Shown: positions 1-11,611 of the stretch, in pieces
Position numbering within the stretch: position 1 is the first letter of the stretch
How the letters are laid out: every line of letters begins with the position of its first letter
Virus record (IMG/VR): IMGVR_UViG_3300021060_000040
Span: 54,227 to 118,226 of that record
Source: a virus
Taxonomy: Duplodnaviria; Caudoviricetes
Length of the DNA stretch: 64,000 nucleotides
Reading direction: 5' to 3' (one strand)
Translations under genes and position numbers: made by a program
Notes under the pieces: model-generated
Told to the model about the DNA's origin: nothing
Databases searched by the model: none
What the model saw: the letters and a program-made list of their open reading frames with translations, nothing else

Positions 1-1
1 C

Positions 2-160
2 GGGGCCTTCCCGACGCTCACCGGCGGCGACGATGCCGAGTGGGCCGGCTGGGTGCCGATCGACCGCTTGGAGCGGTCCGAGATGGCCTTCGACCATTTC
101 AAGATCATCCGCTCGATGACGGCTCGACACGTCGTCGACACAACCCTCAAGGCTGCCTGA
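2..160 (+). CDS. 3' end of a Nudix-domain protein, probably bifunctional NadM-Nudix (partial)
   Basis: Frame from base 2 reads GGDDAEWAGWVP...EMAFDHFKII, typical of the ADP-ribose Nudix C-terminus; directly upstream of nadV. Confidence 0.7.
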   Translation, partial: GAFPTLTGGDDAEWAGWVPIDRLERSEMAFDHFKIIRSMTARHVVDTTLKAA

Positions 161-163
161 CCC

Positions 164-1573
164 TTGTTCATCAAAGACCTTAACCCGTGCCTCGTGGTCG
201 ATGGATATAAGCCCAGTCACTGGGCCCAGCTGCCGCCCGACATGAAGGCCGGCTTCGGCTACATCGAGAGCCGCGGCGGCCGCCACAGGGAGACGCTGTT
301 CTTCGGGCTCCAGGCGCAGCTGGCCTATCTTCGGCAGCGCATCACCCACGAGCACGTCGACGAGGCCAAGGCGTTCTACGCGCGGTACTACCCGCCAGCC
401 TACCCGGGCCTGTTCAACGAAGCCGGCTTCCGGCGCATCGTCGATGTCCACGGGGGCTACTGGCCGGTGAGGATCTGCGCGGCGCCCGAGGGCAGCCTGA
501 TCCCGACGGGCAACGTGCTCCTATCGATCTCGACGAGCGATGATCAGCTCCCTTGGGCCGGCGGCTACCTGGAGAACCGCCTGCTCCGCTCAGTCTGGTA
601 CCCCACGACTGTCTGCACCGAGTCGTTCATGATCAAGCGGGTGATCAAGCACTTCCTGGATCTGACCGCCGACGATCCGGACGCCGAGCTGCCGTTCAAG
701 CTGCACGATTTCGGCTCCCGTGCGGCGAGCTCAACGGAATCGGCCGGCCTCGGCGGCATGGCGCACCTGGTCAACTTCCGGGGCACCGACACGATCGAGG
801 GCATCCTGGCGGCGATGCGCTTCTACGGCGCCGACGTGTGCGGATCCTCGATCCCGGCCTCGGAGCACTCGACGATCACAGCCTGGGGCCGCGCCGGCGA
901 ATGCGACGCCTACGCCCACATGCTGGCGACCTTCGGCCGGCCGGACGGCATCTTCGCCTGCGTCTCGGACAGCTACGACATCGATAACGCCGTCACGAAC
1001 CTCTGGGGCGGCGAGCTGCGCCAGCGCGTGATCGACAGCGGCGCCACGGTGGTGATCCGGCCGGACTCGGGCGATCCGGTGAAGACCCCCTGCCAGACCG
1101 TCGAAGCCCTGGCCGAGAGCTTCGGGTTCACGCTCAACCGGAAGGGCTACAAGGTCCTGAAGAACGTGCGGGTGATCCAGGGCGACGGCGTCGACGCGGA
1201 GAACATCCGGTCGATCCTGTTCTGGCTGCAGATGGGCGGCTTTTCGGCCAGCAACATCGCCTTCGGCATGGGCGGGAAGCTCTTGCAGGCCGGCATCGAC
1301 CGGGACACCCAGCGCTTCGCCATGAAGCAGTCGGCGGTCTACCGCGGCGGCCGGTGGCTCGAGACCTACAAGGATCCGGTCGGGGATCCGGGCAAGGCCA
1401 GCAAGCGCGGCCTGCTCGCGCTGACGCACGATAATGACAACGGCTGGGAGACCGTCCCGCTGTTCGGCGAGCGGCTGCAGCCCAACCAGCTCCAGCCGAG
1501 CTACGACACGGGGTGGTTTGCGCCGCCTGTGTCGTTCGAAGCCGTCCAAAAACGCGCTGCCGCTGCCCTCTGA
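164..1573 (+). CDS. nadV: Nicotinamide phosphoribosyltransferase (NAMPT)
   Basis: DGYKPSH, VWYPTTV, KLHDFGSR, SIPASEHS, VSDSYD, IRPDSGDP, IQGDG, FGMGG and KxSKRG motifs. Confidence 0.95.
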   Translation: MFIKDLNPCLVVDGYKPSHWAQLPPDMKAGFGYIESRGGRHRETLFFGLQAQLAYLRQRITHEHVDEAKAFYARYYPPAYPGLFNEAGFRRIVDVHGGYWPVRICAAPEGSLIPTGNVLLSISTSDDQLPWAGGYLENRLLRSVWYPTTVCTESFMIKRVIKHFLDLTADDPDAELPFKLHDFGSRAASSTESAGLGGMAHLVNFRGTDTIEGILAAMRFYGADVCGSSIPASEHSTITAWGRAGECDAYAHMLATFGRPDGIFACVSDSYDIDNAVTNLWGGELRQRVIDSGATVVIRPDSGDPVKTPCQTVEALAESFGFTLNRKGYKVLKNVRVIQGDGVDAENIRSILFWLQMGGFSASNIAFGMGGKLLQAGIDRDTQRFAMKQSAVYRGGRWLETYKDPVGDPGKASKRGLLALTHDNDNGWETVPLFGERLQPNQLQPSYDTGWFAPPVSFEAVQKRAAAAL

Positions 1574-1587
1574 GGGCCTTGCTCTGT

Positions 1588-1622
1588 TTGCGCATTTGCG
1601 CTATTGCAAACGTTATGCAAAC
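1588..1622 (+). promoter_or_regulatory. TTGC-repeat motif copy (putative promoter/operator)
   Basis: TTGCGCAT TTGCGCTA TTGCAAAC-N5-GCAAAC. Confidence 0.65.
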
Positions 1623-2151
1623 GGAACGCGCGTTGGCCCCGGCACCCCCGCCAGGGTTTCGCAAGCCGATCCCCTTCCCGGTCAAAGTGGATGCGGTGAT
1701 CCGGCAGGCAGCCCGGTGCAAGGCATGCGGTGAGCTGCTGGTGTCCTACAGGGACACCCAGTTCGATCATGTCCCGGCCGTGCATCTGCGGACGTGGGAC
1801 CCGGTAGCCGAGGACGTCATCCCGTCCTCGAACGATCCGGATGCCATCCACGCCAAGCACAAGGACTGCCACGCGGTGAAGACCACGGGGCGCAAGGGCG
1901 AGAGCCGGCTCAACGCGGTCCACGGCGACGTGGCCGAGGTGGCCAAGCTCAAGCGCCTGACGAAGTCCGAGATCGCGTTCCGCCAGAGGCTGCTCGCCAA
2001 GGGCGAGCCGGAGCCCGAGCCCGACGACGCGCAGCCCAAGCCGCGCTCGCGCTGGCCCAAGCGTCCGTTCAATCGGAGTGCGCAACGTGGATCGACGACA
2101 GCGGGAAGTGAAGAGGGAGCTTCAGGCCATGGTGGCCAGTCGCTGCATTGA
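1615..2151 (+). CDS. HNH endonuclease-like protein
   Basis: CxxCG...QFDHVPA...SND...HKDCHAVKT; ATG at 1615 chosen as start. Confidence 0.7.
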   Translation: MQTERALAPAPPPGFRKPIPFPVKVDAVIRQAARCKACGELLVSYRDTQFDHVPAVHLRTWDPVAEDVIPSSNDPDAIHAKHKDCHAVKTTGRKGESRLNAVHGDVAEVAKLKRLTKSEIAFRQRLLAKGEPEPEPDDAQPKPRSRWPKRPFNRSAQRGSTTAGSEEGASGHGGQSLH

Positions 2152-2317
2152 AGAATACCGCTTCGAGCCCGGCAAAAAGCATCCCAAGATCAACATCAAG
2201 CATCACGGCCAGTGGCATTGTCTCCCGTATTCAATGTCTCCCCGGACATCGAATACCGGAGAAGAGACGGCAAAGCTCGTACGCCGCATCATCAAAGGCA
2301 AGATCAGTGTCAATTAA
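2078..2317 (+). CDS. Small basic hypothetical protein (possibly HicA-like fold)
   Basis: GKKHPKI...SP pattern; packed with neighbouring genes. Confidence 0.45.
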   Translation: MRNVDRRQREVKRELQAMVASRCIEEYRFEPGKKHPKINIKHHGQWHCLPYSMSPRTSNTGEETAKLVRRIIKGKISVN

Positions 2318-2756
2318 CAAGACCCACGAAGGCCTGATCAAGGCCGCCATGCAGCTCGCCTCCAGCGATCGGCGCAAGCCCAGCAAGTATCCGCGCTACA
2401 GCTACAGCGATGCCGGCTTCGGGGTGCATGCCAAGCGCTGCCTCTCCGGGCTGGAGCGGGCTCGGCTGGAGCTGGCGATGCTGAACATGCGCCTGGCGCA
2501 GCCGGGCTCGAGCGAGCGCCGGGCCGCCTACGAGGCCGTCCGGGCAATGCCGGTCACGATCGTGCCGGTGAAGTACGCCGAGCGCCTCGACCACTCCAAG
2601 TACCCGATCGAGCGGCTCGTCGCGATCCGGGCGGCCGGCGGCGGCAAGAAGGAGCAGGCCCGTGCGGCCCGCCGGGCGGCCGCGATCAAGGGCATGACCC
2701 CGGTCGCCGTCAACGACAACGCCGAGGGCACCAGCAATCAGGTCGAGGCAGCGTGA
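2307..2756 (+). CDS. Hypothetical protein with ssrA-like C-terminus
   Basis: GTG start overlapping the upstream gene; ends AVNDNAEGTSNQVEAA. Confidence 0.6.
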   Translation: MSINKTHEGLIKAAMQLASSDRRKPSKYPRYSYSDAGFGVHAKRCLSGLERARLELAMLNMRLAQPGSSERRAAYEAVRAMPVTIVPVKYAERLDHSKYPIERLVAIRAAGGGKKEQARAARRAAAIKGMTPVAVNDNAEGTSNQVEAA

Positions 2757-2983
2757 TGGCAACCGAGATCACAGCCACGCTCGAACGCGCGTCCAAGGCC
2801 TCCGGCGTAGGCGGGCGCTATCTGGTCGGCTTCGTCTTCGGCGACGCCCACGGCCGTTTCAAGGACGGCAGCTTCATACATACCAGCCAGCTGAAGGAAG
2901 AGGTCGCGCCGGACGTGTTCCTGACGCGCTCGGGCAACCTCTACCGGGTGAAGAGCTGGTCAGCGGCAGATCCCTCCGCCTGA
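2753..2983 (+). CDS. Small conserved-type phage protein
   Basis: GFVFGDAHGRFKDGSFIHTS...TRSGNLY; RBS and GTGA overlap. Confidence 0.65.
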   Translation: MMATEITATLERASKASGVGGRYLVGFVFGDAHGRFKDGSFIHTSQLKEEVAPDVFLTRSGNLYRVKSWSAADPSA

Positions 2984-3058
2984 CAATCCCGCGGCTCCCC
3001 ACGAGCCAGCCGCGGGCGGCGGCCGATCCGCCCGACACCATACCTGAGAGGCTCCACG

Positions 3059-6589
<3,531 letters not shown>

Positions 6590-6599
6590 CCTGAGAAAC

Positions 6600-6625
6600 A
6601 AGCCCCCGGGCGACTCTGGGGGCTT
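6600..6625 (+). terminator. GC hairpin after nrdJ
   Basis: AAGCCCCCGG...CTGGGGGCTT inverted repeat. Confidence 0.55.
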
Positions 6626-6658
6626 GCGCGTTTGCGCGATTGCAAATACAAAGCAAAC
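6624..6658 (+). promoter_or_regulatory. TTGC-repeat motif copy
   Basis: TTGCGCGT TTGCGCGA TTGCAAAT-N5-GCAAAC. Confidence 0.65.
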
Positions 6659-6684
6659 AGCAAACGCATTCGGCAGGTCAGGCC

Positions 6685-7131
6685 ATGGCAAGCGAATTCA
6701 AATGGTACGCCTCGCACGACCAGGAGAACTATACGATCGGCCCCTGCGACTCCCGTGAAGCGGTAATTGAGCAGGCCGTAAACGATGATCTTGGCCTGCG
6801 CCAGGGCCCGGAAGGACACTGGGACCGGCTGACCTTCCACATTCTGGAGGCCACCCAGGACCCGATCGACCTCTCGAACCACCTCGACGAAGACTCCGTC
6901 ATCGAGGGGCTCTGCGAGAGCGTCGACGAGAACCACGGCGATCCCGACGGCGCCCGCTGCCTGCTCGAGGATGCCTGGAACACTGAACAGGAGGAGGACC
7001 TCCGGGACCGCCTGCGCAAGGCGATCGCCGAGTGGCAGGCCCACCACGCGATCGTGGTCAGGCCCTGGACCTTCACCCGAACCCGCAACGCCGAGACGGT
7101 GGACGTCCAAGTCCCGCTCCCGGTCAACTGA
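6685..7131 (+). CDS. Acidic hypothetical phage protein
   Basis: ORF directly downstream of the motif. Confidence 0.65.
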   Translation: MASEFKWYASHDQENYTIGPCDSREAVIEQAVNDDLGLRQGPEGHWDRLTFHILEATQDPIDLSNHLDEDSVIEGLCESVDENHGDPDGARCLLEDAWNTEQEEDLRDRLRKAIAEWQAHHAIVVRPWTFTRTRNAETVDVQVPLPVN

Positions 7132-7139
7132 GCCCCGAC

Positions 7140-7583
7140 ATGAACGACAATTTCAAGCTGGACCCGGACGGGTTGGCGGCAGCCGGTGGGCTGCTTCAAA
7201 GCCAATGCCACGGCGCATCGCGCTCGGCCGGCTGGTGGAACCACAACGCGACCGGCCTCGACCTGCGCAGGATCGTGCGCAAGCCGGAAAGCGCGCTGGA
7301 GACCCTGCTCGCCGGCGCCCTGGTCGCGCAGAAGCTCTGCCTCAGCCACAGCGAGATCAGCGAAGCCATGGAAGGCCAGCGAAAGGGCCTGATGGACGAC
7401 AAGCTCCCGCACCGGCCGATGATCGAGGTCGAGATCGCCGACGGGATCATCCGCCTGTTCGACCTGGGCGGCGCGCTCAACCTCGATGTCGGCGGTGCCA
7501 TCGCCGAGAAGATGGCCTTCAACGCCGTCCGCCTCGACCACAAGGCAGAGGCCCGCGCAGCAGCCGGCGGCAAGGCCTTCTGA
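7140..7583 (+). CDS. MazG-like all-alpha NTP pyrophosphohydrolase
   Basis: AGWW...HSEISEAMEG.RK...EVEIADGIIRLFD...EKMAFN. Confidence 0.8.
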   Translation: MNDNFKLDPDGLAAAGGLLQSQCHGASRSAGWWNHNATGLDLRRIVRKPESALETLLAGALVAQKLCLSHSEISEAMEGQRKGLMDDKLPHRPMIEVEIADGIIRLFDLGGALNLDVGGAIAEKMAFNAVRLDHKAEARAAAGGKAF

Positions 7584-7585
7584 GC

Positions 7586-7819
7586 GTGAGCTCGCTGGCA
7601 TTCGTCATCGTCGCCTGCTCGGCGCTCGCCGGCAGTCCGCATCGCGACCAGTGCCGCGAGATCCACGTCCCCGTCACCGCGGACGCACCGCCCCTGGCCT
7701 GCATGGCTAGGGGCCAGGAATTCGTCGCGTCCCACCCCGAAGCCTTTGAGGGCGTCGACGTCATCGCCTTCGGCTGCGCCGAGCGCGCCCCGCAGGCCAA
7801 CACAGGACAGACTCAGTGA
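7586..7819 (+). CDS. Small exported Cys-containing protein
   Basis: Hydrophobic N-terminus, four Cys; GTGA overlap with the next gene. Confidence 0.55.
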   Translation: MSSLAFVIVACSALAGSPHRDQCREIHVPVTADAPPLACMARGQEFVASHPEAFEGVDVIAFGCAERAPQANTGQTQ

Positions 7820-8079
7820 GCAAAGACCCGAAGGAAGTCGCGACGAGTGGTGTCGCGGCCGATGAGCTGAAACAGTTCATCGAGCGCCTGGAGCGGCTTG
7901 AAGAGGAGAAAGCTGGCATCCTCGAAGATATCAAGCAGGTGTTCCTCGAGTTGAAGGGGCGCGGATTCGACGGCAAGGCGGTGAAAACCATCTTGCGCAT
8001 CCGCAAGCAGGACCGCAGCGAACGCCAGGAGCAGGAGGCGATCCTCGAGCTCTACATGCAGGCGCTGGGCCTCGAATGA
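7816..8079 (+). CDS. gapR: GapR/DUF2312 nucleoid-associated protein
   Basis: LKQFIERLERLEEEK...DIKQVF.ELKGRGFD.KAV..ILRIRK...EQEAILELYM.ALG. Confidence 0.92.
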   Translation: MSKDPKEVATSGVAADELKQFIERLERLEEEKAGILEDIKQVFLELKGRGFDGKAVKTILRIRKQDRSERQEQEAILELYMQALGLE

Positions 8080-8288
8080 TCGTCCAACTCCTCACCAGCA
8101 TCCGCCGGCTGCTCAGCAGCCCCGGGACGCACGCATCCTGGTCGGCCGGGCGTTCGGCTCCCCCAGGTGCCGGCTCCGAGCCCGAGGCGATCCTCCCCCT
8201 CGCCATCACCATGAACGCGGCTCTTGCCGGCCCGTTCGGCGTATTCATCGCGGCCAAGAGCTGCAAGAGCAAGGATATCGAAACATGA
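8076..8288 (+). CDS. Hypothetical protein
   Basis: ATGA overlaps at both ends. Confidence 0.45.
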   Translation: MIVQLLTSIRRLLSSPGTHASWSAGRSAPPGAGSEPEAILPLAITMNAALAGPFGVFIAAKSCKSKDIET

Positions 8289-8419
8289 TGTGGGCCCTCG
8301 TCTCCCGCGTTGGAGATCTTCTGCAGCTGATCGGGCTGCTCACCGTCGGACAATGGATCTGGAAGGCCTCGCGGAACTTCTCGACCGCTGTTGCAACCTT
8401 CAAGGCAAAGTTCGCCTGA
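8285..8419 (+). CDS. Small membrane peptide (44 aa)
   Basis: MMWALVSRVGDLLQLIGLLTVGQWIW...; ATGA/TGATG coupling; below the ORF-track cutoff. Confidence 0.5.
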   Translation: MMWALVSRVGDLLQLIGLLTVGQWIWKASRNFSTAVATFKAKFA

Positions 8420-8616
8420 TGCGCCAGATCCTCGTCCTCATCGCGCTCATCCTGGTCGGCACGTCGGCCGCCCTGATTACGCTGGCCGGCTACGCCCAGC
8501 ACATCATTACGTGCATCAAGAATGAGGCCATCGGCATGCTCGTGGTCGGCATGCTGGTGGCTCCGCTTGCCGTCCTGCACGGCTTTGGCATCTGGCTGGG
8601 CTTGTTCGCCCGCTAG
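8419..8616 (+). CDS. Small two-TM membrane protein
   Basis: Two hydrophobic segments; TGATG coupling. Confidence 0.6.
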   Translation: MRQILVLIALILVGTSAALITLAGYAQHIITCIKNEAIGMLVVGMLVAPLAVLHGFGIWLGLFAR

Positions 8617-8631
8617 CGCGTTTTTCTGTGT

Positions 8632-8668
8632 TTGCATGCTTGCGCGATTGCAAACGGTAAGCTAACAA
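8632..8668 (+). promoter_or_regulatory. TTGC-repeat motif copy
   Basis: TTGCATGC TTGCGCGA TTGCAAAC-N5-GCTAACAA; TTGCGC-N17-TAACAA spacing. Confidence 0.7.
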
Positions 8669-8796
8669 GATCTCACCAGCCGCGGCGCAGCCCGGGCGGT
8701 CCTCGGAACGAAAGACCTGAGCAACCGACGCGACCTCGTCGCGGCTGGACTGAATTCCTGCGTCTGAATGACGGGAATAACCTGAAAGAATTTAAG

Positions 8797-9081
8797 ATGA
8801 AGCGCAATTTCCTGATCGGCACCGGCTTCGTGTTCGCCGCTGCGCTCGGCCTCACCGTCGCCGCTTGCGACAGCACCCACGATCTGACCCAGCCCGAGAA
8901 GGCGGTCGCGGATCATGGCGGCCTCCTCTACGCGAACGCCGCCGGCGGCCAGTTCCTGCAGTGCTCGGGGCGCGACTCCGATGCCGACGGCTACGTCACC
9001 TGCCAGACTAAGCTGAACGGCCAGCTCTCCGAGATCCTCTGCGCCTACCGCGGCCAGCCGGGCTGCAAGGCTAAGCGCTGA
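8797..9081 (+). CDS. Small lipoprotein
   Basis: Signal peptide ending in lipobox VAAC; four further Cys. Confidence 0.7.
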   Translation: MKRNFLIGTGFVFAAALGLTVAACDSTHDLTQPEKAVADHGGLLYANAAGGQFLQCSGRDSDADGYVTCQTKLNGQLSEILCAYRGQPGCKAKR

Positions 9082-9138
9082 CCCCCCCCCTCCCCTGCTG
9101 ACCACCGGCCGGATGGCCAGGTAGACAAGGATATTTCG

Positions 9139-9579
9139 ATGATGGGCGCACTTGCCAAGAAGCTGTTCGGCGACGGCACGAAGAAGTTCCGCACCTATGT
9201 CGGTGACACCGCCTTCCTGAAGGCCGCCGCCGCAATCGCCGCCAACGTGACTGCGGCTGACGGCAAGATCGAGGACGCCGAGATCAAGGCATCCAAGAAG
9301 GTCATGCTCGCCAACCCAATCATCAAGCCGTCCTTTGACCCGTCGGCGATCGAGCGCGAGCTCAATGCCGCCCTGGACCGCGCCGAGACCCGCTCGGGCC
9401 GGCACGAGAACGCCCAGATCATCAAGGGCGTCGAGACCCGCGACCAAGCCGACCGCGATGCGCTGTTCCTGATCGGCGTCGACGTCGCCGACGTGGGCGA
9501 GGTCGGCGAGAAAGAAGACGCCGCGCTCACCAAGATCGCCGAGCTGCTGCTCGTCGACAAAGCGGCCCTGATGGCCTGA
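9139..9579 (+). CDS. terB: TerB-family protein
   Basis: AADGKIEDAE...VADVGEVGEKEDAALTKIAELL. Confidence 0.85.
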   Translation: MMGALAKKLFGDGTKKFRTYVGDTAFLKAAAAIAANVTAADGKIEDAEIKASKKVMLANPIIKPSFDPSAIERELNAALDRAETRSGRHENAQIIKGVETRDQADRDALFLIGVDVADVGEVGEKEDAALTKIAELLLVDKAALMA

Positions 9580-9653
9580 GCGCCCTCCCCTTCCGGCTTT
9601 CCCCCTCCCCAACGGCGGCCTTCGTGGCCGCCAATTTTTTAAGAGAGGCCCCC

Positions 9654-10370
9654 GTGGACCTGCACGCCATCACCAGTCTCCTCCAGATGATCTGGGTGGA
9701 CCTCCTTCTCTCCGGCGACAATGCCCTCGTGATCGCGATGGCGACCCGGAACCTGCCGCCCGCGCAGCAGCGCAAGGCGCTCATCGGCGGCCTCGGCATT
9801 GCCGTGGGCCTGCGCATGATCGGCGCCCTCGCCGCAACCGATATCCTCGCCACCCCGCTGCTCGCGGCCGCCGGCGGCGTCGTCCTGCTCTGGATCGCCT
9901 TCAAGTTGGTGGCGGCCAACGACGACAGCCGTGAGATCTCGGCCAAGGGCACGCTGTGGGCGGCGATCGCCACCATCGGCTGGGCAGATGCCTCAATGAG
10001 CCTGGACAACGTCATCGCCCTGGCCGGCATCTCGCACGGCAATTGGCCGCTGACGGTGCTTGGGATCTCCATCTCGATCCCGTTCGTGATCTTCGGTTCC
10101 GTCGTGATCTCGTGGGTCCTCAAGCGCCTCCCGGTGCTGGTGTGGGCCGGTGCTGCGCTCCTGGGCTGGGTCGCGGGCGAGATCATTGCCACGGACAAGG
10201 TCGTGTCGGATCTGGCGGGCGGCCAGTACATCTCCCTGCTGCTGGCGGCGCCGTTGGTCGGCGCGGTGCTCGTCCTGGTCGCCGGAAGCCTTGTGCGGGC
10301 CCTGCGCAAGTCGGAGTCGGAGGCGGCCTCGGCCGAGCCTGCGGCGATCGCCCCGGTCGCCACAGCATAG
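9654..10370 (+). CDS. terC: TerC-family (YjbE-like) membrane protein
   Basis: DLLLSGDNALVIAMA and ADASMSLDNVIALAG repeats; multiple TM helices. Confidence 0.9.
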   Translation: MDLHAITSLLQMIWVDLLLSGDNALVIAMATRNLPPAQQRKALIGGLGIAVGLRMIGALAATDILATPLLAAAGGVVLLWIAFKLVAANDDSREISAKGTLWAAIATIGWADASMSLDNVIALAGISHGNWPLTVLGISISIPFVIFGSVVISWVLKRLPVLVWAGAALLGWVAGEIIATDKVVSDLAGGQYISLLLAAPLVGAVLVLVAGSLVRALRKSESEAASAEPAAIAPVATA

Positions 10371-10439
10371 CTCTGCGGCAGTCGTGAACGCTCGAGCGGG
10401 TCGCCGCCTCGGCGGCCCGTCTCGGTGGGAGATGGCAGG

Positions 10440-11177
10440 ATGAGAACCCAAGTCCCGCTCAAAGTTCGTCAGGAAGCGCTGCGTCTTCAGCAGGGTGGTG
10501 GCCTGAACTTCGATGAGATCGGGCCGCGCCTCGGCTACGCTCCGAAAACTCTCGCCCGGGCGACCGGAGATTACCGGCGTGGCACGTTCCGGAACGCCGC
10601 GGAGACCAAGTGCGCGGAACGCATGGCGCTCGCCGATCTCGTGGAGGCCGGCGCGTCCGTCGAAGACGTCATGGCCCGCTACGGCTGGAAACGGCGCTCA
10701 GCGCTCCAGCGCCTGGCCCGAATGGGCTACGGCGCCGCTGAGAGAAAGGCGATACGCGTCCGGCTCGGGCTCTTGAAACTCGCCCCGACGAAGTCCGAGC
10801 AGCGAGCCGCGGCCCGGAAGGCCCTGCGTGAGGAGCGTGCCAGGGCCAAGGCCGAGCGTGAGGTGGCACGCCTGGCGAAGCGGCCGCCGCTGATGCTGTC
10901 CCCGCGTGTCCGGGCCGTGATCGAACCAATCGCTCGAGAGGCGGGCCTGAGCCTGGCGGACCTGACGGGCGGCCGACGGAAGCAGGCATTCGTCAAGGCT
11001 CGCCACAGGGCCATCCTGGCGCTTTACGGTACATTTCCGGACAAGAGCCTGTGCTGGCTCGGCCGCCCCTTCGGAATGCACCGGACGTCCATCCGGGACA
11101 TCCTCGTTGATTCCGGCGTCTACGTCCCGCGCCGCGATGACCAAGCGGCGGCCCCGGGCCAATCCGAAGCCGCATAG
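10440..11177 (+). CDS. Multi-HTH protein with C-terminal DnaA domain IV-like HTH
   Basis: IAREAGLSLADLTGGRR...VKARHRAI...SL..LGRPFGMHRTSI. Confidence 0.7.
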   Translation: MRTQVPLKVRQEALRLQQGGGLNFDEIGPRLGYAPKTLARATGDYRRGTFRNAAETKCAERMALADLVEAGASVEDVMARYGWKRRSALQRLARMGYGAAERKAIRVRLGLLKLAPTKSEQRAAARKALREERARAKAEREVARLAKRPPLMLSPRVRAVIEPIAREAGLSLADLTGGRRKQAFVKARHRAILALYGTFPDKSLCWLGRPFGMHRTSIRDILVDSGVYVPRRDDQAAAPGQSEAA

Positions 11178-11192
11178 CAACCCGTCATTCGT

Positions 11193-11229
11193 TTGCGCAC
11201 TTGCGCGATTGCAATTCAAAAGCTAACAA
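11193..11229 (+). promoter_or_regulatory. TTGC-repeat motif copy
   Basis: TTGCGCAC TTGCGCGA TTGCAATT-N5-GCTAACAA. Confidence 0.7.
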
Positions 11230-11236
11230 GGCGGCT

Positions 11237-11611
11237 ATGAACGTCTATCTGATCGCCGCCGTCGGGAAGCGCGGGCAGCTGGGTCTCAACGGCGAGATGC
11301 CGTGGCACGATCCAGAGGATCTGCGCTTCTTCAGGGCGATGACGCTCGGACGGCGGGTCGTTTTCGGCATGGCGACGCTCATCCGTCTGCCGGACCTGCC
11401 CGGGCGCGAGGTGATTGCCGACAACCCGCTGGTGAGCCCGGTGGAATTCCTGGCCCGTCACGGCGACGTCGACCAGATCTGGATCGGCGGGGGCGCCAAA
11501 ACCTACGCCAGGTACCTTCCCTTCGTGCGCAGGAGCTTTGTCACCCACGTCGATTACGACGGCCCGGCCGATGTCTGGATGCCGCAGCCGTGGGGTCAAA
11601 CCGCCGCCTGA
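11237..11611 (+). CDS. folA: Dihydrofolate reductase (short)
   Basis: LIAAV...[16 protein letters not shown]...LPGR...IWIGGG. Confidence 0.9.
   Translation: MNVYLIAAVGKRGQLGLNGEMPWHDPEDLRFFRAMTLGRRVVFGMATLIRLPDLPGREVIADNPLVSPVEFLARHGDVDQIWIGGGAKTYARYLPFVRRSFVTHVDYDGPADVWMPQPWGQTAA

Noticed and set aside
2984-3058. NrdR box or cobalamin riboswitch upstream of nrdJ
   Set aside because: Only a weak partial match (ACACCATACCTG) and a simple hairpin; the gap is too short for a B12 riboswitch
9580-9653. yybP-ykoY riboswitch directly upstream of terC
   Set aside because: The gap is short and C-rich and lacks the conserved riboswitch motifs
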